Below, one piece after another: positions 9,721-20,598 of a DNA stretch of 64,000 bases (the first letter of the stretch is position 1; the number at the start of each line of letters is the position of its first letter). Position numbers and translations under genes: made by a program. Source of the DNA: a virus (lineage: Duplodnaviria; Caudoviricetes); the IMG/VR virus record IMGVR_UViG_3300006145_000004, positions 1-64,000 of that record. The stretch is one strand, 5' to 3'. A model generated the notes under the pieces. It was not told where the DNA came from, did not search any database, and saw only the letters and a list, made by a program, of their open reading frames with translations.

Positions 9721-11841
9721 ATGGAAGAAATATTAAACTCATATTATGAGAATAATGCTGCAAAACTTCACAAAATGGTAAACCAAATATTTTATAGAAA
9801 ATTTGGTGGTATTACAGATAGAGATATGGACGAATTTTATTCTGTAGCTAATGATGTATTTGCAGATATATGGAAATATAAGAGGTATGATTCATCTAAA
9901 GGCGATTTTGAGGGATTTTTATATAGAGCCTTAAATTTGGCTTTTGTAGATGAACTCAAAAGACAAAATAGAGATAAAAGAAGAACAAAAATTGATGTAT
10001 TAGATGAAAACGGCAATAAGGTGTTAGATAAGAATGGAAAACCGAAAAAAATATCAATACCTGATGTCTATATGGATGCTCCTATCAATGAAGGTGAGAA
10101 TTTAACAATTGGAGATACATTACAATCTGATTTTAATATGGATACAATATTATTGGAAAAGAATAAAAATTATTATAGTGACAAAATAGAAAAATTTCTC
10201 GATAGCCTTTCATTAACGCAAAGACATATTGCTCAGCTAATTATGAAAGGATATGATACAAAAAAAATTAAGTCCATTATGGATATAACAGACAAGCAAT
10301 ATAGAGATTCTTGGAATGTAATTTGTTCATATGATAAAAAAAGAGCTTTATATGAAGAAAGTAATGACATGGAGGAAGGAAAAATGAACAATTTAGCTGT
10401 AGAAGAAAATGTAGAAGAAAAATATAAAAATACCAGTTATAGCATTGAATCAATAAGTAGACAGCTAAAGAAAAAACGAATCCGAGATGATCATATTTTG
10501 CAGAGACATAGTGGACAATGGAAGAACTTTGAAAAGAGTGAGTTAATTTCTGATATATTGAGAGGAAAATCTTTAACTCAAATTGTTATTTGTGAAGAAA
10601 TTAAAAATGGTATTAAGATGCAGTGGCTTATTGACGGGAAGCAAAGATGCACTACTTTAGATGACTTTTTACATGATGGATTTGCAATTTCCAAAAATAT
10701 AAAAAATTATAATATTCGTTTCCAGGCCCCCAAATTAGATGAAAACGGTAAAGAGGTCTTAAATGCAGACGGGTTTACAGATATGGAGTGGAAAACATTT
10801 GATATTCGTGGTAAAAAATATTCTCAGTTACCTGAAGAATTACAAGATATCTTTCGCGATAGACAGATACCTGTTTTATACAATATGAATTGTACTAAAA
10901 AGGATATTGCAGAAGACATTGCTAGATTTAATAGAAATAGACCAATGAATAAAGCCCAAAATGGATGGCTTGGTTTAGATGAAAGATTTGCAGAATTTGT
11001 TGAAAATATAGCAAAAATGGATTTCTTTCAACCAGAATTTTTAGGTACTGGATATACAAAAGTAAATAATACTGCTGGTAGTATAAGAAGAATTATAGTA
11101 GAAGGAATTATGGTAGCCGATTTTAGCGATAATTTTTCTAAGTTTGAAAAAATGTGTGAATTTTTATCAGAAGAGGCTAGTGATTCAAATTTTACAGAAT
11201 TTTATTCTTTAATTGAAAGATTAACTGTAATTTGTAAGACAAAGGCAAGTGCTGCCTTATTTAATACTAAGGATTCTTTATTGTGGTTCGGGTTGTTTTC
11301 CAGGTTTTCAAAGTTAGGTTTGAATGATAAAAAATTTGGAGAATTTATGAATGAATTTGAAACTCTGCGTAAAATGAAAATTGAAGGACAATCATTTGAT
11401 GATATATTGGCGAGTAGTAAATCTACAAAAGATAAGAGTATTGTAATGAAAAAGATTAATCACTTAGAAAAACTAATGAATATTTACTTGAATATTCATG
11501 AGAACAAAAATCAAGATAATGAAATTGTAGATACTCTTGAATTTATAAGAGAAAATGTAACTCCTAATATAACTGATGAAGATGTTGAGCAGTATAAGGA
11601 AGTTCTGGATTCATTAACATTAAATGTAGATAATTCGTCTAAGTTGTTAGATGACATAAACCAGGTATCACTTGTGGCTATTGTGGCATATTCATTTGAG
11701 AATGATATTGATTTAGACAAATGGATTGTAGACTTCTTTGAAAGAAATAAAACATATAAGCAAAATCAAAAAGAGAATTATTTACATATGAAATCAGATA
11801 TACAAAAATTTATCAATTATAATAGTAAAAAGAATACATAG
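9721..11841 (+). CDS. Sigma70-like N-terminus fused to DUF262 (GmrS/ParB-like) domain
   Basis: region-2-like RYDSSKGDFEGFLY, region-4-like FLDSLSLTQRHIAQLIMKGY; DUF262 motifs LQR, IDGKQRCTTL, ARFN. Confidence 0.65.
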   Translation: MEEILNSYYENNAAKLHKMVNQIFYRKFGGITDRDMDEFYSVANDVFADIWKYKRYDSSKGDFEGFLYRALNLAFVDELKRQNRDKRRTKIDVLDENGNKVLDKNGKPKKISIPDVYMDAPINEGENLTIGDTLQSDFNMDTILLEKNKNYYSDKIEKFLDSLSLTQRHIAQLIMKGYDTKKIKSIMDITDKQYRDSWNVICSYDKKRALYEESNDMEEGKMNNLAVEENVEEKYKNTSYSIESISRQLKKKRIRDDHILQRHSGQWKNFEKSELISDILRGKSLTQIVICEEIKNGIKMQWLIDGKQRCTTLDDFLHDGFAISKNIKNYNIRFQAPKLDENGKEVLNADGFTDMEWKTFDIRGKKYSQLPEELQDIFRDRQIPVLYNMNCTKKDIAEDIARFNRNRPMNKAQNGWLGLDERFAEFVENIAKMDFFQPEFLGTGYTKVNNTAGSIRRIIVEGIMVADFSDNFSKFEKMCEFLSEEASDSNFTEFYSLIERLTVICKTKASAALFNTKDSLLWFGLFSRFSKLGLNDKKFGEFMNEFETLRKMKIEGQSFDDILASSKSTKDKSIVMKKINHLEKLMNIYLNIHENKNQDNEIVDTLEFIRENVTPNITDEDVEQYKEVLDSLTLNVDNSSKLLDDINQVSLVAIVAYSFENDIDLDKWIVDFFERNKTYKQNQKENYLHMKSDIQKFINYNSKKNT

Positions 11842-11993
11842 AGGTATGTTTTTTAATTGTTAATAACATAAATATTACATTTGCGAGATCTGGAGAAGAT
11901 TAAATTCAAAGAACTTCCAAAAGTGAAGATGATTGAGATTGGTATAAAGTAATGAAAGCCAACTGCGGTAGGTGCAGGAATTAAAAGAATATT

Positions 11994-12266
11994 ATGGATA
12001 ATAGATATTATGTTGCAAAAGCAAATGTAGGATATGTTATATATGAACAAGGTCATGTAATGCCGCTTCCGTTTACGTGGATATCACGGAACGATGCCTA
12101 TATAACATGTGAGATATTTAACGAGGGCGGATATAGGGCACTAGCTGATTACTATTATGTTCATAAGGTTGCCGGTAGAAGGAATATAAGTTATATGCTT
12201 GAAAAGGGTATAAATCCCTATGAGGAATGGATGAACAAAAACGGAGATATGTTTAAACGTGATTGA
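11994..12266 (+). CDS. Hypothetical protein
   Basis: 90 aa ORF, weak RBS. Confidence 0.4.
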   Translation: MDNRYYVAKANVGYVIYEQGHVMPLPFTWISRNDAYITCEIFNEGGYRALADYYYVHKVAGRRNISYMLEKGINPYEEWMNKNGDMFKRD

Positions 12267-12471
12267 AATAAAATGTAGATGTAAAAAAGGATGCAATTTC
12301 AAAGAAATTAAAAGCAGAACATTTGATTTTTAGGGATTGCGGAGAGGGAGCGGACTGAGAAAATTATTGTTGTAGGTGATATTTTTGACAATTCGGAATT
12401 GCAGAATAATGAAAAATTTTTGAAACTTTAGATAAACCATAGAAATACATAAATAGAACGGAGAAAACGAA

Positions 12472-13248
12472 ATGAATGAACTGAAAGTTATATGTATAAG
12501 TGATGTTGACTGCTACGAAAATGACGGAACAGTCTATCTGAAGCTGGAAAATGTGGCGAGAGGGTTAGGTTTTACAGAAATTGCAAAAAGCGGGAATGAG
12601 TGCATTAGATGGAGAACAGTACGGAAATATCTTGAAGATTTTGGCATCGCAGCAAGTTGCGACGGAGAGAAATTGCCCGATTTTATCCCAGAAAATATCT
12701 TCTACCGCCTTGCTATGAAAGCAAAAAACGAAACCGCAGAGAAATTTCAAGCTCTGGTAGCTGATGAAATTATTCCTGCTATCCGCAAGCATGGCTCATA
12801 CGTGACGGCGGACATACTGGAAAAGGCTTTATTTTCTCCCGATTTCCTTATACAGCTTGCTACAAAATTAAAAGAGGAAAAAGAGCGTAATGCCGCATTA
12901 CTGGAAGATGTGAGTCGCATGAAGCCAAAAGAAATTTTTGCAGATGCTGTTAGTGTTTCTAATACATCCATTCTCATTGGGGAACTAGCAAAAATTTTAA
13001 AACAGAATGGAATCGAAACCGGTGAAAAGCGTTTGTTTAAACAATTAAGGAAAGAAAAATATCTTATTAGCAGAAAAGGCAGTGATTATAATATGCCAAC
13101 ACAAAAAAGCATGGAGCTAGGATTATTTGACATTAACGAAAGAACTATTACACATTCAGATGGTCATATTACTATAAGTAAGACTACAAAAGTTACAGGT
13201 AAAGGTCAACAGTATTTTATTAATAAATTTCTAAGAAAAGTGGTATAA
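12472..13248 (+). CDS. Phage antirepressor (BRO-N-like + KilAC)
   Basis: AEKFQALVADEIIPAIRKHG; KPKEIFADAV...IGELAKIL...TKVTGKGQQYFINKF. Confidence 0.9.
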   Translation: MNELKVICISDVDCYENDGTVYLKLENVARGLGFTEIAKSGNECIRWRTVRKYLEDFGIAASCDGEKLPDFIPENIFYRLAMKAKNETAEKFQALVADEIIPAIRKHGSYVTADILEKALFSPDFLIQLATKLKEEKERNAALLEDVSRMKPKEIFADAVSVSNTSILIGELAKILKQNGIETGEKRLFKQLRKEKYLISRKGSDYNMPTQKSMELGLFDINERTITHSDGHITISKTTKVTGKGQQYFINKFLRKVV

Positions 13249-13831
13249 ATTATTAGCTGTGCTACAGAAATTGACTGACAAAATTAAATAGTTGGATTCT
13301 GTGACATAGCTCAAATTTCCAGTTATATGTAGAAAGTGAAAATAGATTATAAAGAAAGGACTATAAAATGGAATTAAGCTTATTTGTGAGATTTTATACA
13401 AATGGTAGAGAAAAACAGAATATGTGGATTGATCAGGAAGGCAAAAACGGAATAAGATATGAAGTAAATAATATAGAAGATATAAAAATATCTTTTCAAG
13501 ATTATATTGATAAATTTCTGGCAGAGAATGATCAATATGTAACAAAATAAAAAACACCCACATGCTGATGAGTGTTTTTACCCATATTTTACCTAAATCC
13601 CGCTAATATAATAGCTACATTGTTTTAATTAGGTTAGTTGTGCAACATCACATATTAAAAGAAAATTTCTACAATTTGGGTTATGGTTCCCTTGAGCTTG
13701 CTGTAGATAATTAAGAATTTAGGTACAAGTCATAGAAACTGTAACATAACACCCTCTATCACCTCTATTATAATATGGCACTAATAGTATAGTACGAAAA
13801 ATATAAAAGGTCAACTATTTAAAATTATTTT

Positions 13832-14893
13832 TTGAGGAGTATAAAATGTATTATGTATAATAATAGTGTAAAAAGTGAAGTAATGAATAATATTATATTA
13901 CAGATGTCAGATTATATAGATAATAATACAATGGATATTCTTCAAAAGGTAATTGAAGAACAGTTGGTATTTGTAAATATGGAAGAAATCACAACTCTTC
14001 CAGCAACTATAAAAGTTTCTATAGAAGAACAAAATCAATATCTGATAAATTTGATGAAGTTCAAAAGAAAAAAGTTGTCTAAAGAAACAAAGCAACAATA
14101 TATTGATGCGATAAAAAGATTGATAACTGTAATTGAAAAACCATTAACTCAGGTAGATGAAATAGATATTGATTATTATTTACGTTGGTACGAGCAAAGA
14201 AATATAGCTTCTGGAAAGGGAAAAAATCAGGCAAGTACATGTAATAGTGAGAGAAGGTATTTATCAGCATTTTTTACTTGGTTGAGAAAAGAGAAGTTTA
14301 TTACATACAATCCAGTTGAATTAGTTGAGCCTTTAAAAGAAGTGAGAAAGCCTATTGATTATTTTAGTCTTTCTCAAATAGAAGATTTAAGAGAAGGATG
14401 TAAGACATTAAGAGATAGAGCTATTATAGAGGTTCTTCGTAGTACGGGAGCCAGAGTAGGAGAAATACCTCATATAAATAAAGATGATATCGACTGGAAA
14501 ACTGGAGATGTATCAATTTTAAGTGAAAAAAGCGGTAAATACAGAACTTTATACATAGATGAAGTAGCAATGCGTTATTTAAAAAAGTATTTGAATTCTA
14601 GGGAAGATAATAATGAAGCATTATTTGTTTGGGATAAAAAACCATATCAAAGATTAGAAAAGAGTGGAATACGTGCAGCTATGAAAAGTATTGCTAAAAG
14701 AGAAAATGTACAGTATAGAGTATATCCCCATAAAATGAGAAAAACTTTGGGGATGCAGCTAAAAAATAGAGGTGTAGATATTGGTTTAATACAAGAAGTG
14801 ATGGGTCATGCAAATCCAGTTGTAACAAGTAGATATTATGCTGAATCTACACCTGAAACTTTAAGACAGGTTAGAATGAGAGCAGCAACATAA
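13832..14893 (+). CDS. XerD-like tyrosine recombinase
   Basis: RDRAIIEVLRSTGARVGE; HKMRKT...MGHANPVVTSRYY. Confidence 0.9.
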   Translation: MRSIKCIMYNNSVKSEVMNNIILQMSDYIDNNTMDILQKVIEEQLVFVNMEEITTLPATIKVSIEEQNQYLINLMKFKRKKLSKETKQQYIDAIKRLITVIEKPLTQVDEIDIDYYLRWYEQRNIASGKGKNQASTCNSERRYLSAFFTWLRKEKFITYNPVELVEPLKEVRKPIDYFSLSQIEDLREGCKTLRDRAIIEVLRSTGARVGEIPHINKDDIDWKTGDVSILSEKSGKYRTLYIDEVAMRYLKKYLNSREDNNEALFVWDKKPYQRLEKSGIRAAMKSIAKRENVQYRVYPHKMRKTLGMQLKNRGVDIGLIQEVMGHANPVVTSRYYAESTPETLRQVRMRAAT

Positions 14894-14900
14894 ATTACAC

Positions 14901-14958
14901 AGAAGGGGATAAGGAGGCTTTTATATAAAGTAAATCATGAATTTCCTCCTAATTTTAT
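14901..14958 (+). promoter_or_regulatory. Twin-palindrome leader, copy 1
   Basis: AGGAGG...TATATA-7-TCATGA...CCTCCT-8-ATG. Confidence 0.7.
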
Positions 14959-15651
14959 ATGAATTTATATAATGATGATTGTTTTAAAGTAATGAAAATG
15001 TTAATCAACCAGAAATTAAAAGTGGATGCAATAATTTGCGATCCTCCATATATAATCAATTATACTGATTGGGATAAAGAGTTTGATATGCCTATGGTAG
15101 TAGACTTATCATATGAATTATTAAAAGATAATGGAAATTTAATATTATTTCAAGGATGGTCTAATGTTGCTAAAACAAAAGAGTTATTAGATAAAAAGTT
15201 TAATATTCAAAATTGGATAGTATGGGATCGTATTAAAGGACGTGGTGCAAAGAAAAATTTTGTATCAACAAGAGAAGATATTTTATGGTATTGTAAAGGT
15301 AATAATCCTACATATAATAAAATTTATTCTAATATACCTAAGAAAACTGGAGGAATGGGAAAGAAAAATGGGCAAGAATGTAGAGCATTAACTAATGTAT
15401 GGTATGATATTTCACCAATTGTTCCATGGAGTCCCGAAAGAAATGGTCATCCAACTCAAAAGCCATTACAGTTAATGGAAAGATGTATAACTATCTGGAC
15501 TAATGAAGGAGATATGATTTTAGATTTTACTATGGGGAGTGGAACAACTGGTGTTGCTGCATTAAAGCTTAGTAGAAACTTTATAGGAATTGAAAATGAT
15601 AAAGAATGGTTTGATATTTCTAAAAAGAGAATGGAAAGCTTATTTTATTGA
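14959..15651 (+). CDS. DNA N6A/N4C methyltransferase (beta class)
   Basis: DPPY near N-terminus, HPTQKP, LDFTMGSGTTG. Confidence 0.92.
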   Translation: MNLYNDDCFKVMKMLINQKLKVDAIICDPPYIINYTDWDKEFDMPMVVDLSYELLKDNGNLILFQGWSNVAKTKELLDKKFNIQNWIVWDRIKGRGAKKNFVSTREDILWYCKGNNPTYNKIYSNIPKKTGGMGKKNGQECRALTNVWYDISPIVPWSPERNGHPTQKPLQLMERCITIWTNEGDMILDFTMGSGTTGVAALKLSRNFIGIENDKEWFDISKKRMESLFY

Positions 15652-15753
15652 AGTATGAAATTGCAATATAAGATAGATAAATAAAAGATTTAACTGATTC
15701 AATAGTAAAGAATCAAAGGCTTGAATTAAAAAATTTAAAAGGGGAAAAACTAG

Positions 15754-16197
15754 ATGAAATTTAAAGGGGATATTATTATTACAGATCCTTGCTACATAAT
15801 TAGAGCAGCACATCATGGAACAAAACCAATTACGAAAGATGATTGGAAAGCGTGTAATTATGGAAAAAATATGGACGTGTTAGGCATCTATAATTATATT
15901 TGTAGAAGTACAATATATGGCGATTGGTCATGTACAACATATAATTCTGATACAAATGAGAAAATTGGAGAATTTTGTGCTGATGCTGGATTAGTAGGAG
16001 TATTTGAGTTAAATGAGGTTTTAAAGTATAATCCAGATTTTAATTATCATATCTGTAGGCCATGGACAACAACTTGGATCAAAAATTTTGATGGAGAAGT
16101 AAACATTAAAGTTGTTAATGATGAATATGGAGAATCAGAAGTACAAGTAATCGGTAAAGGAAATATTAATTTTCTGGGCAGACAAACAGATTTTTGA
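15754..16197 (+). CDS. Hypothetical phage protein
   Basis: 147 aa; ITDPCY, FCADAGLVGVF. Confidence 0.6.
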   Translation: MKFKGDIIITDPCYIIRAAHHGTKPITKDDWKACNYGKNMDVLGIYNYICRSTIYGDWSCTTYNSDTNEKIGEFCADAGLVGVFELNEVLKYNPDFNYHICRPWTTTWIKNFDGEVNIKVVNDEYGESEVQVIGKGNINFLGRQTDF

Positions 16198-16281
16198 AAA
16201 AATGAATAAAACTTCTATTTTATTGGGCAGATTGTGATTTGAAAATATGGAATATAAAAGGGCTATATTTAGCCCTAATGT

Positions 16282-16500
16282 TTAGGAAGTTTTTCGCTTA
16301 CCTTTTACTGTTTTGAATTTAGCTTTCTCCATTTCTTTGAAAGTATGTTTAACAGCTAACTTAGCAGCATCAGATGCAGTTTTTTCCATAAAAGCATCCC
16401 AACCTCCATTTTCAGAGATATAGTGAAGTTGAGCAGCGGTTCCAGATAATGTTTTTCCACTATCAGATAATACTTTAAGAGAACATTTCTTTTTACCCAT
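16282..16500 (-). CDS. Small hypothetical protein
   Basis: GGAGGT RBS. Confidence 0.5.
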   Translation of the reverse strand: MGKKKCSLKVLSDSGKTLSGTAAQLHYISENGGWDAFMEKTASDAAKLAVKHTFKEMEKAKFKTVKGKRKTS

Positions 16501-16617
16501 ATGAGTTTACCTCCATTATTGAAATCAAAATACCTGAGTATTATTAATTATAATTCAAATGCGTAACAAAGTAAAGTCAAAAATAGTTTATAAAAATTTT
16601 AGAAAGGAAAATTTAAA

Positions 16618-17775
16618 ATGGTAGAAAGAGCATTAGCACATATTGAGAAAATTGAATGGGTAAAATCGATTGAAGGGGCAGACAATATTGAACTTATTGG
16701 AGTTTTAGGATGGGTTTGTATTGCCAAGAAAGAAGAATTTAAGCCAGGGGATTTGGCTGTGTATATTGAAATTGATAGCAAGTGTCCTGAATCTGATGAG
16801 AGATTTGCTTTTCTTGCAACAAAGCATTATAAAGTGAAAACTATGAAACTGAGTAAATTTAAGGTTATCAGTCAAGGACTTGTACTTCCGATTTCATTAT
16901 TCCCTGAACTGAGTAATAAATCTGTTGGAGCTGATGTAACTGAAAATCTTAAAATTACTTATTCCTGTGAAGAAGATATTAAGAGAAAATTTAATAATAT
17001 AGATCCTGATGAAAAATATAAGTCTATGGCTCAGAGATACAAGAAACTATTTAGTATACCTCTTATGCGAAAGATTATGAAATATAAAATTGGCAAAAAA
17101 GTTATGTTTTTGCTTTTTGGTAAGAAGAAGGATAATCCAAGAGAGTTTCCTAAATGGATTGTTAAGACAAACGAAACACGAATTGAGAATGTGCCATTTT
17201 ATCTTAAAAATACAGATAAATGGATTAAGACAGAGAAATTGGATGGTACGAGTTGTACATTCGCTATAGATAAAATCAAGAAGAATAAATTTGAATTTAT
17301 TGTTTGTAGCAGAAATATGAGACAGGCTGACAGAAATCAGAAAACTTATCATGAGTCAAATATCTACTGGGAATTAGCAAACAAGTATGATATTGAAATA
17401 ATTTTGACTAAGTTTGCTACAGAGAATGGATATAACAGAGTTATTTTACAGGGAGAGGGAGTCGGATTAGTTCAAGGGAATCCATATAAAATGAAAGAGA
17501 ATGAATTATTTATATTCAATCTGATTGTTGATGGTGTTCGTCTTGGAACTGTAGATATGGCTCAATTCTGTGCCCAGAATAGATTGAAGCATGTACCAAT
17601 TATTGATACAGAATATGTGTTGCCTAAGACTATGGAAGAAATGAAGCTGGAAGCTGATGGATATAGTGAGATCAATCCAAAGGTAAAAAGAGAAGGATTT
17701 GTATACCGAAGCGTTGACGGACAACAGAGTTTCAAGAATGTATCAAGAGAGTATTTGCTAAATCATAATGGATAG
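16618..17775 (+). CDS. RNA ligase, DRB0094/Rnl2-like
   Basis: N-terminal IEGADNIE...YIEIDS; motif I TEKLDGTS; REGFVYR, SFKNVS. Confidence 0.85.
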   Translation: MVERALAHIEKIEWVKSIEGADNIELIGVLGWVCIAKKEEFKPGDLAVYIEIDSKCPESDERFAFLATKHYKVKTMKLSKFKVISQGLVLPISLFPELSNKSVGADVTENLKITYSCEEDIKRKFNNIDPDEKYKSMAQRYKKLFSIPLMRKIMKYKIGKKVMFLLFGKKKDNPREFPKWIVKTNETRIENVPFYLKNTDKWIKTEKLDGTSCTFAIDKIKKNKFEFIVCSRNMRQADRNQKTYHESNIYWELANKYDIEIILTKFATENGYNRVILQGEGVGLVQGNPYKMKENELFIFNLIVDGVRLGTVDMAQFCAQNRLKHVPIIDTEYVLPKTMEEMKLEADGYSEINPKVKREGFVYRSVDGQQSFKNVSREYLLNHNG

Positions 17776-17891
17776 AGGGCAATAAAATCAAGATTTTAAC
17801 TGTATTTTTGAGGTCAATATAGTAGACCTTATTAAATTTTACAGCTTATTGTTATAATTATTCTATAACATTTATAATAATTAGAAAGAGG

Positions 17892-18656
17892 ATGATATAT
17901 ATTAAAGAAGTTCTAAACAGAATAATACTTTTGTTTAGTGCCATTATAATATGGGAATTGTGCTCAAGAAATGTTAATCCATTATTTATTCCTGAGCCTA
18001 AAATAGTATTTAATAGTTTAGTTGAATTGATAAAAAGTGGACAGTTGTTTATTGCAATTATGTATTCCTTTTTGAGAATTTCCATAGCCACATTTTTGTC
18101 AGGAATAGTTGCATTTCTTATAGGCTTATTGGCGTATAATTCAAAAATTGCAAACAATATTATAAGTCCAATAATTAGTATCATGAGATATATACCCATC
18201 ACTGCCTTTTATCCATTATTGATTATGTGGTTTGGCATTGATGAATTTATGAAAATTGTATTTTTATTTATTGCAACTTTTGTCTATATGATGCCGTCTG
18301 TAATTTTGTGTTTAGAAGAAATCAACTTAGATTTAATAGATACAGGACTTACAATAGGGATGAATAGGTTTCAGATAATTACAAAAATACAGATACCAGC
18401 TATTACTCCAAGTTTAATGAACAGCTTTATTATGATGTATGGAATTGGTTGGACTTATATTGCAGTTGCAGAAACAATAAATGCAAAATATGGACTTGGA
18501 TTTATTATTCAACAGTCATCTTCTAGGGGAAGAACAGACTTAGTATTCATGGCAATTATAGTAATTATGATTATAAGTGTATTATTTGATAATCTAACCA
18601 AGAAAATAGTAAAAAGAGTCTTTAGATGGAGGTATCTGAATGATAGTACTGAATAA
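17892..18656 (+). CDS. ABC transporter permease (SsuC/TauC-like)
   Basis: multiple TM segments, RYIPITAFYPLLIMWFGI, AETINAKYGLG. Confidence 0.9.
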   Translation: MIYIKEVLNRIILLFSAIIIWELCSRNVNPLFIPEPKIVFNSLVELIKSGQLFIAIMYSFLRISIATFLSGIVAFLIGLLAYNSKIANNIISPIISIMRYIPITAFYPLLIMWFGIDEFMKIVFLFIATFVYMMPSVILCLEEINLDLIDTGLTIGMNRFQIITKIQIPAITPSLMNSFIMMYGIGWTYIAVAETINAKYGLGFIIQQSSSRGRTDLVFMAIIVIMIISVLFDNLTKKIVKRVFRWRYLNDSTE

Positions 18657-19263
18657 TCTATATACTGGATACTCCAGAAATTCACCATTATTAACAGAAT
18701 TTAATTATCGATTTGATAATAAAATTTATGGAATCTTAGGTGAATCTGGTTGTGGTAAAACTACTCTTTTGAGAACAATCGCTGGATTAACTAAACCATT
18801 ATACGGAGAAGTAATTATTAATGGGATAAAGAATAATAGAACAGGTAAAAATGGAATTTATATGTTACATCAAAATTATACTTCTTTCGATTGGTTAACA
18901 TGCTTAGATAATGTGCTTATTGCTAAGAAAGTAAAAGGAAAGGTTACACAAGAAGATATACAAAATGCTTTTAAAATGCTAGAGGCAGTAAAACTTATTG
19001 AACATGTACATAAATATCCAAGACAATTATCTGGAGGTATGAGACAAAGATTAGCACTAGCAAGAACATTATTTGTACAACCACATATTATTTTAATGGA
19101 CGAGCCATTATCTGCATTAGATGGAGATACTAGAGCAGATATGCAAAAGCTTATTTTTAATTTACATAATAAGATTAAAAATACAATTATCATGGTTACT
19201 CATAGCAGAGATGAAGCGGCAAAACTCTGTGATGTAGTGATAAATCTAAATAACTTTAAATAA
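18640..19263 (+). CDS. ABC transporter ATPase
   Basis: GESGCGKTT, LSGGMRQR, LMDEP, VTH. Confidence 0.95.
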   Translation: MIVLNNLYTGYSRNSPLLTEFNYRFDNKIYGILGESGCGKTTLLRTIAGLTKPLYGEVIINGIKNNRTGKNGIYMLHQNYTSFDWLTCLDNVLIAKKVKGKVTQEDIQNAFKMLEAVKLIEHVHKYPRQLSGGMRQRLALARTLFVQPHIILMDEPLSALDGDTRADMQKLIFNLHNKIKNTIIMVTHSRDEAAKLCDVVINLNNFK

Positions 19264-19281
19264 AAAGGAGGGACAGAATAC

Positions 19282-19842
19282 ATGGGATTATTTGAAAAAC
19301 TTGGTCTTGTAGAAAAGATTCCTAATGAAAACACTTATTCAAATTATATTGATTGCCAGGAATCAAGTAAAATTGAAATGCAATGGGAAGATCAATCTAA
19401 AGCTGAAGTTAGTGAGGTAAATCAAGATACTCTTATTGAAGATATCTACTCCCAAAATGATTTATGTGATCGAACAAAGTCTATTTTTAAGGTTGAGGAT
19501 CTCATTAATTCTTTACCTAAAGAGATGGTAACAGAAACAAAGAGAAATTCTGTAACAGCTATACTTGAAAGTTTTCAATTTACTTCTATGGAAATAATTG
19601 ATGATGGGAAAAAAAGAATAAATGTTTTATCCTGTCTAATGAAGCAACTTGAGCAATCAACTCAGCAAGAAATAGAAACTAAAAATGCTCATATTGAAAG
19701 TCTAAAAGAGGAGATAGCATGTATGCAAGCTGAAATTGTAAAACAGCAAGAAGTAATAACTATTTCTACTAGAGTCATCACATCAGAAATAAATAGAATT
19801 CAGTCATTGGTAGATTTTGTTAATGGAGGTACAAATTTATGA
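19282..19842 (+). CDS. Coiled-coil hypothetical protein
   Basis: MGLFEKLGLVE amphipathic start, coiled-coil C-terminus. Confidence 0.65.
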   Translation: MGLFEKLGLVEKIPNENTYSNYIDCQESSKIEMQWEDQSKAEVSEVNQDTLIEDIYSQNDLCDRTKSIFKVEDLINSLPKEMVTETKRNSVTAILESFQFTSMEIIDDGKKRINVLSCLMKQLEQSTQQEIETKNAHIESLKEEIACMQAEIVKQQEVITISTRVITSEINRIQSLVDFVNGGTNL

Positions 19843-20576
19843 CATTATCAACATTGTTAGTTTATATTGTAGTGCTTTTAGTCCTATTAATATTTATATT
19901 GTTTCCAGAAGCAAGGAAACTTTTAAAAGGGTTTATAAGACTTTTCATAAAAGACATGGCTTCTACCCCTGAAGGAGCTGAGGCTATTTATTCTGAAAAG
20001 ATAAATGAAGCTCAGGAATCTTATAATAAAGCTGATGATGCTTATAAGAAGGCAGCAGGTAAATTGAGCAATGCTAGAAAAAACCTTAATATTTTAAAGA
20101 TAAAAATTAAGGAATGTGAAGAAAAATGTGAGAAGCTTGTACAAAAAGGAGATTTAGAATCAGCTCATTTGAAAGCTGAGGAAAGAGAAGAAATTCTTGC
20201 AGATATTGAGAGATGTACTACTCTTATTAAAGCTTATGAAGATGCTGAATTGACAGCACATGAGGCTTATGACTTATGTCAGAATAGATTGAAGAATCTA
20301 CAAAAAGAAAAGAGAGAGATTGTAGAGAACATGAAAGTTAAGGCTCAGTTAAAAGATATTTATGATGATACTGACGATCTGAAAGCTGCTACTACAACTG
20401 ATAAACTATTAGAATCTGTTCGAGAGAAAAATAGAAGCCTTGATGAGATAGTAGAAGGTTCTAAGGTGGTTCATAACAATAAAGCTTCGACAAAATTTCG
20501 ACGTGCTGACGAGAAAGCAAAAAAACTGCAAAGTAATGATTATCTGGAAAGTTTAAAAAAGAAGTACAATAAATAA
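19839..20576 (+). CDS. PspA/IM30-like coiled-coil protein with N-terminal TM
   Basis: TM, then TPEGAEAIYSEKINEAQ and long heptad repeats. Confidence 0.6.
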   Translation: MTLSTLLVYIVVLLVLLIFILFPEARKLLKGFIRLFIKDMASTPEGAEAIYSEKINEAQESYNKADDAYKKAAGKLSNARKNLNILKIKIKECEEKCEKLVQKGDLESAHLKAEEREEILADIERCTTLIKAYEDAELTAHEAYDLCQNRLKNLQKEKREIVENMKVKAQLKDIYDDTDDLKAATTTDKLLESVREKNRSLDEIVEGSKVVHNNKASTKFRRADEKAKKLQSNDYLESLKKKYNK

Positions 20577-20598
20577 AAATAATTTCAAGAAAGGAAAA

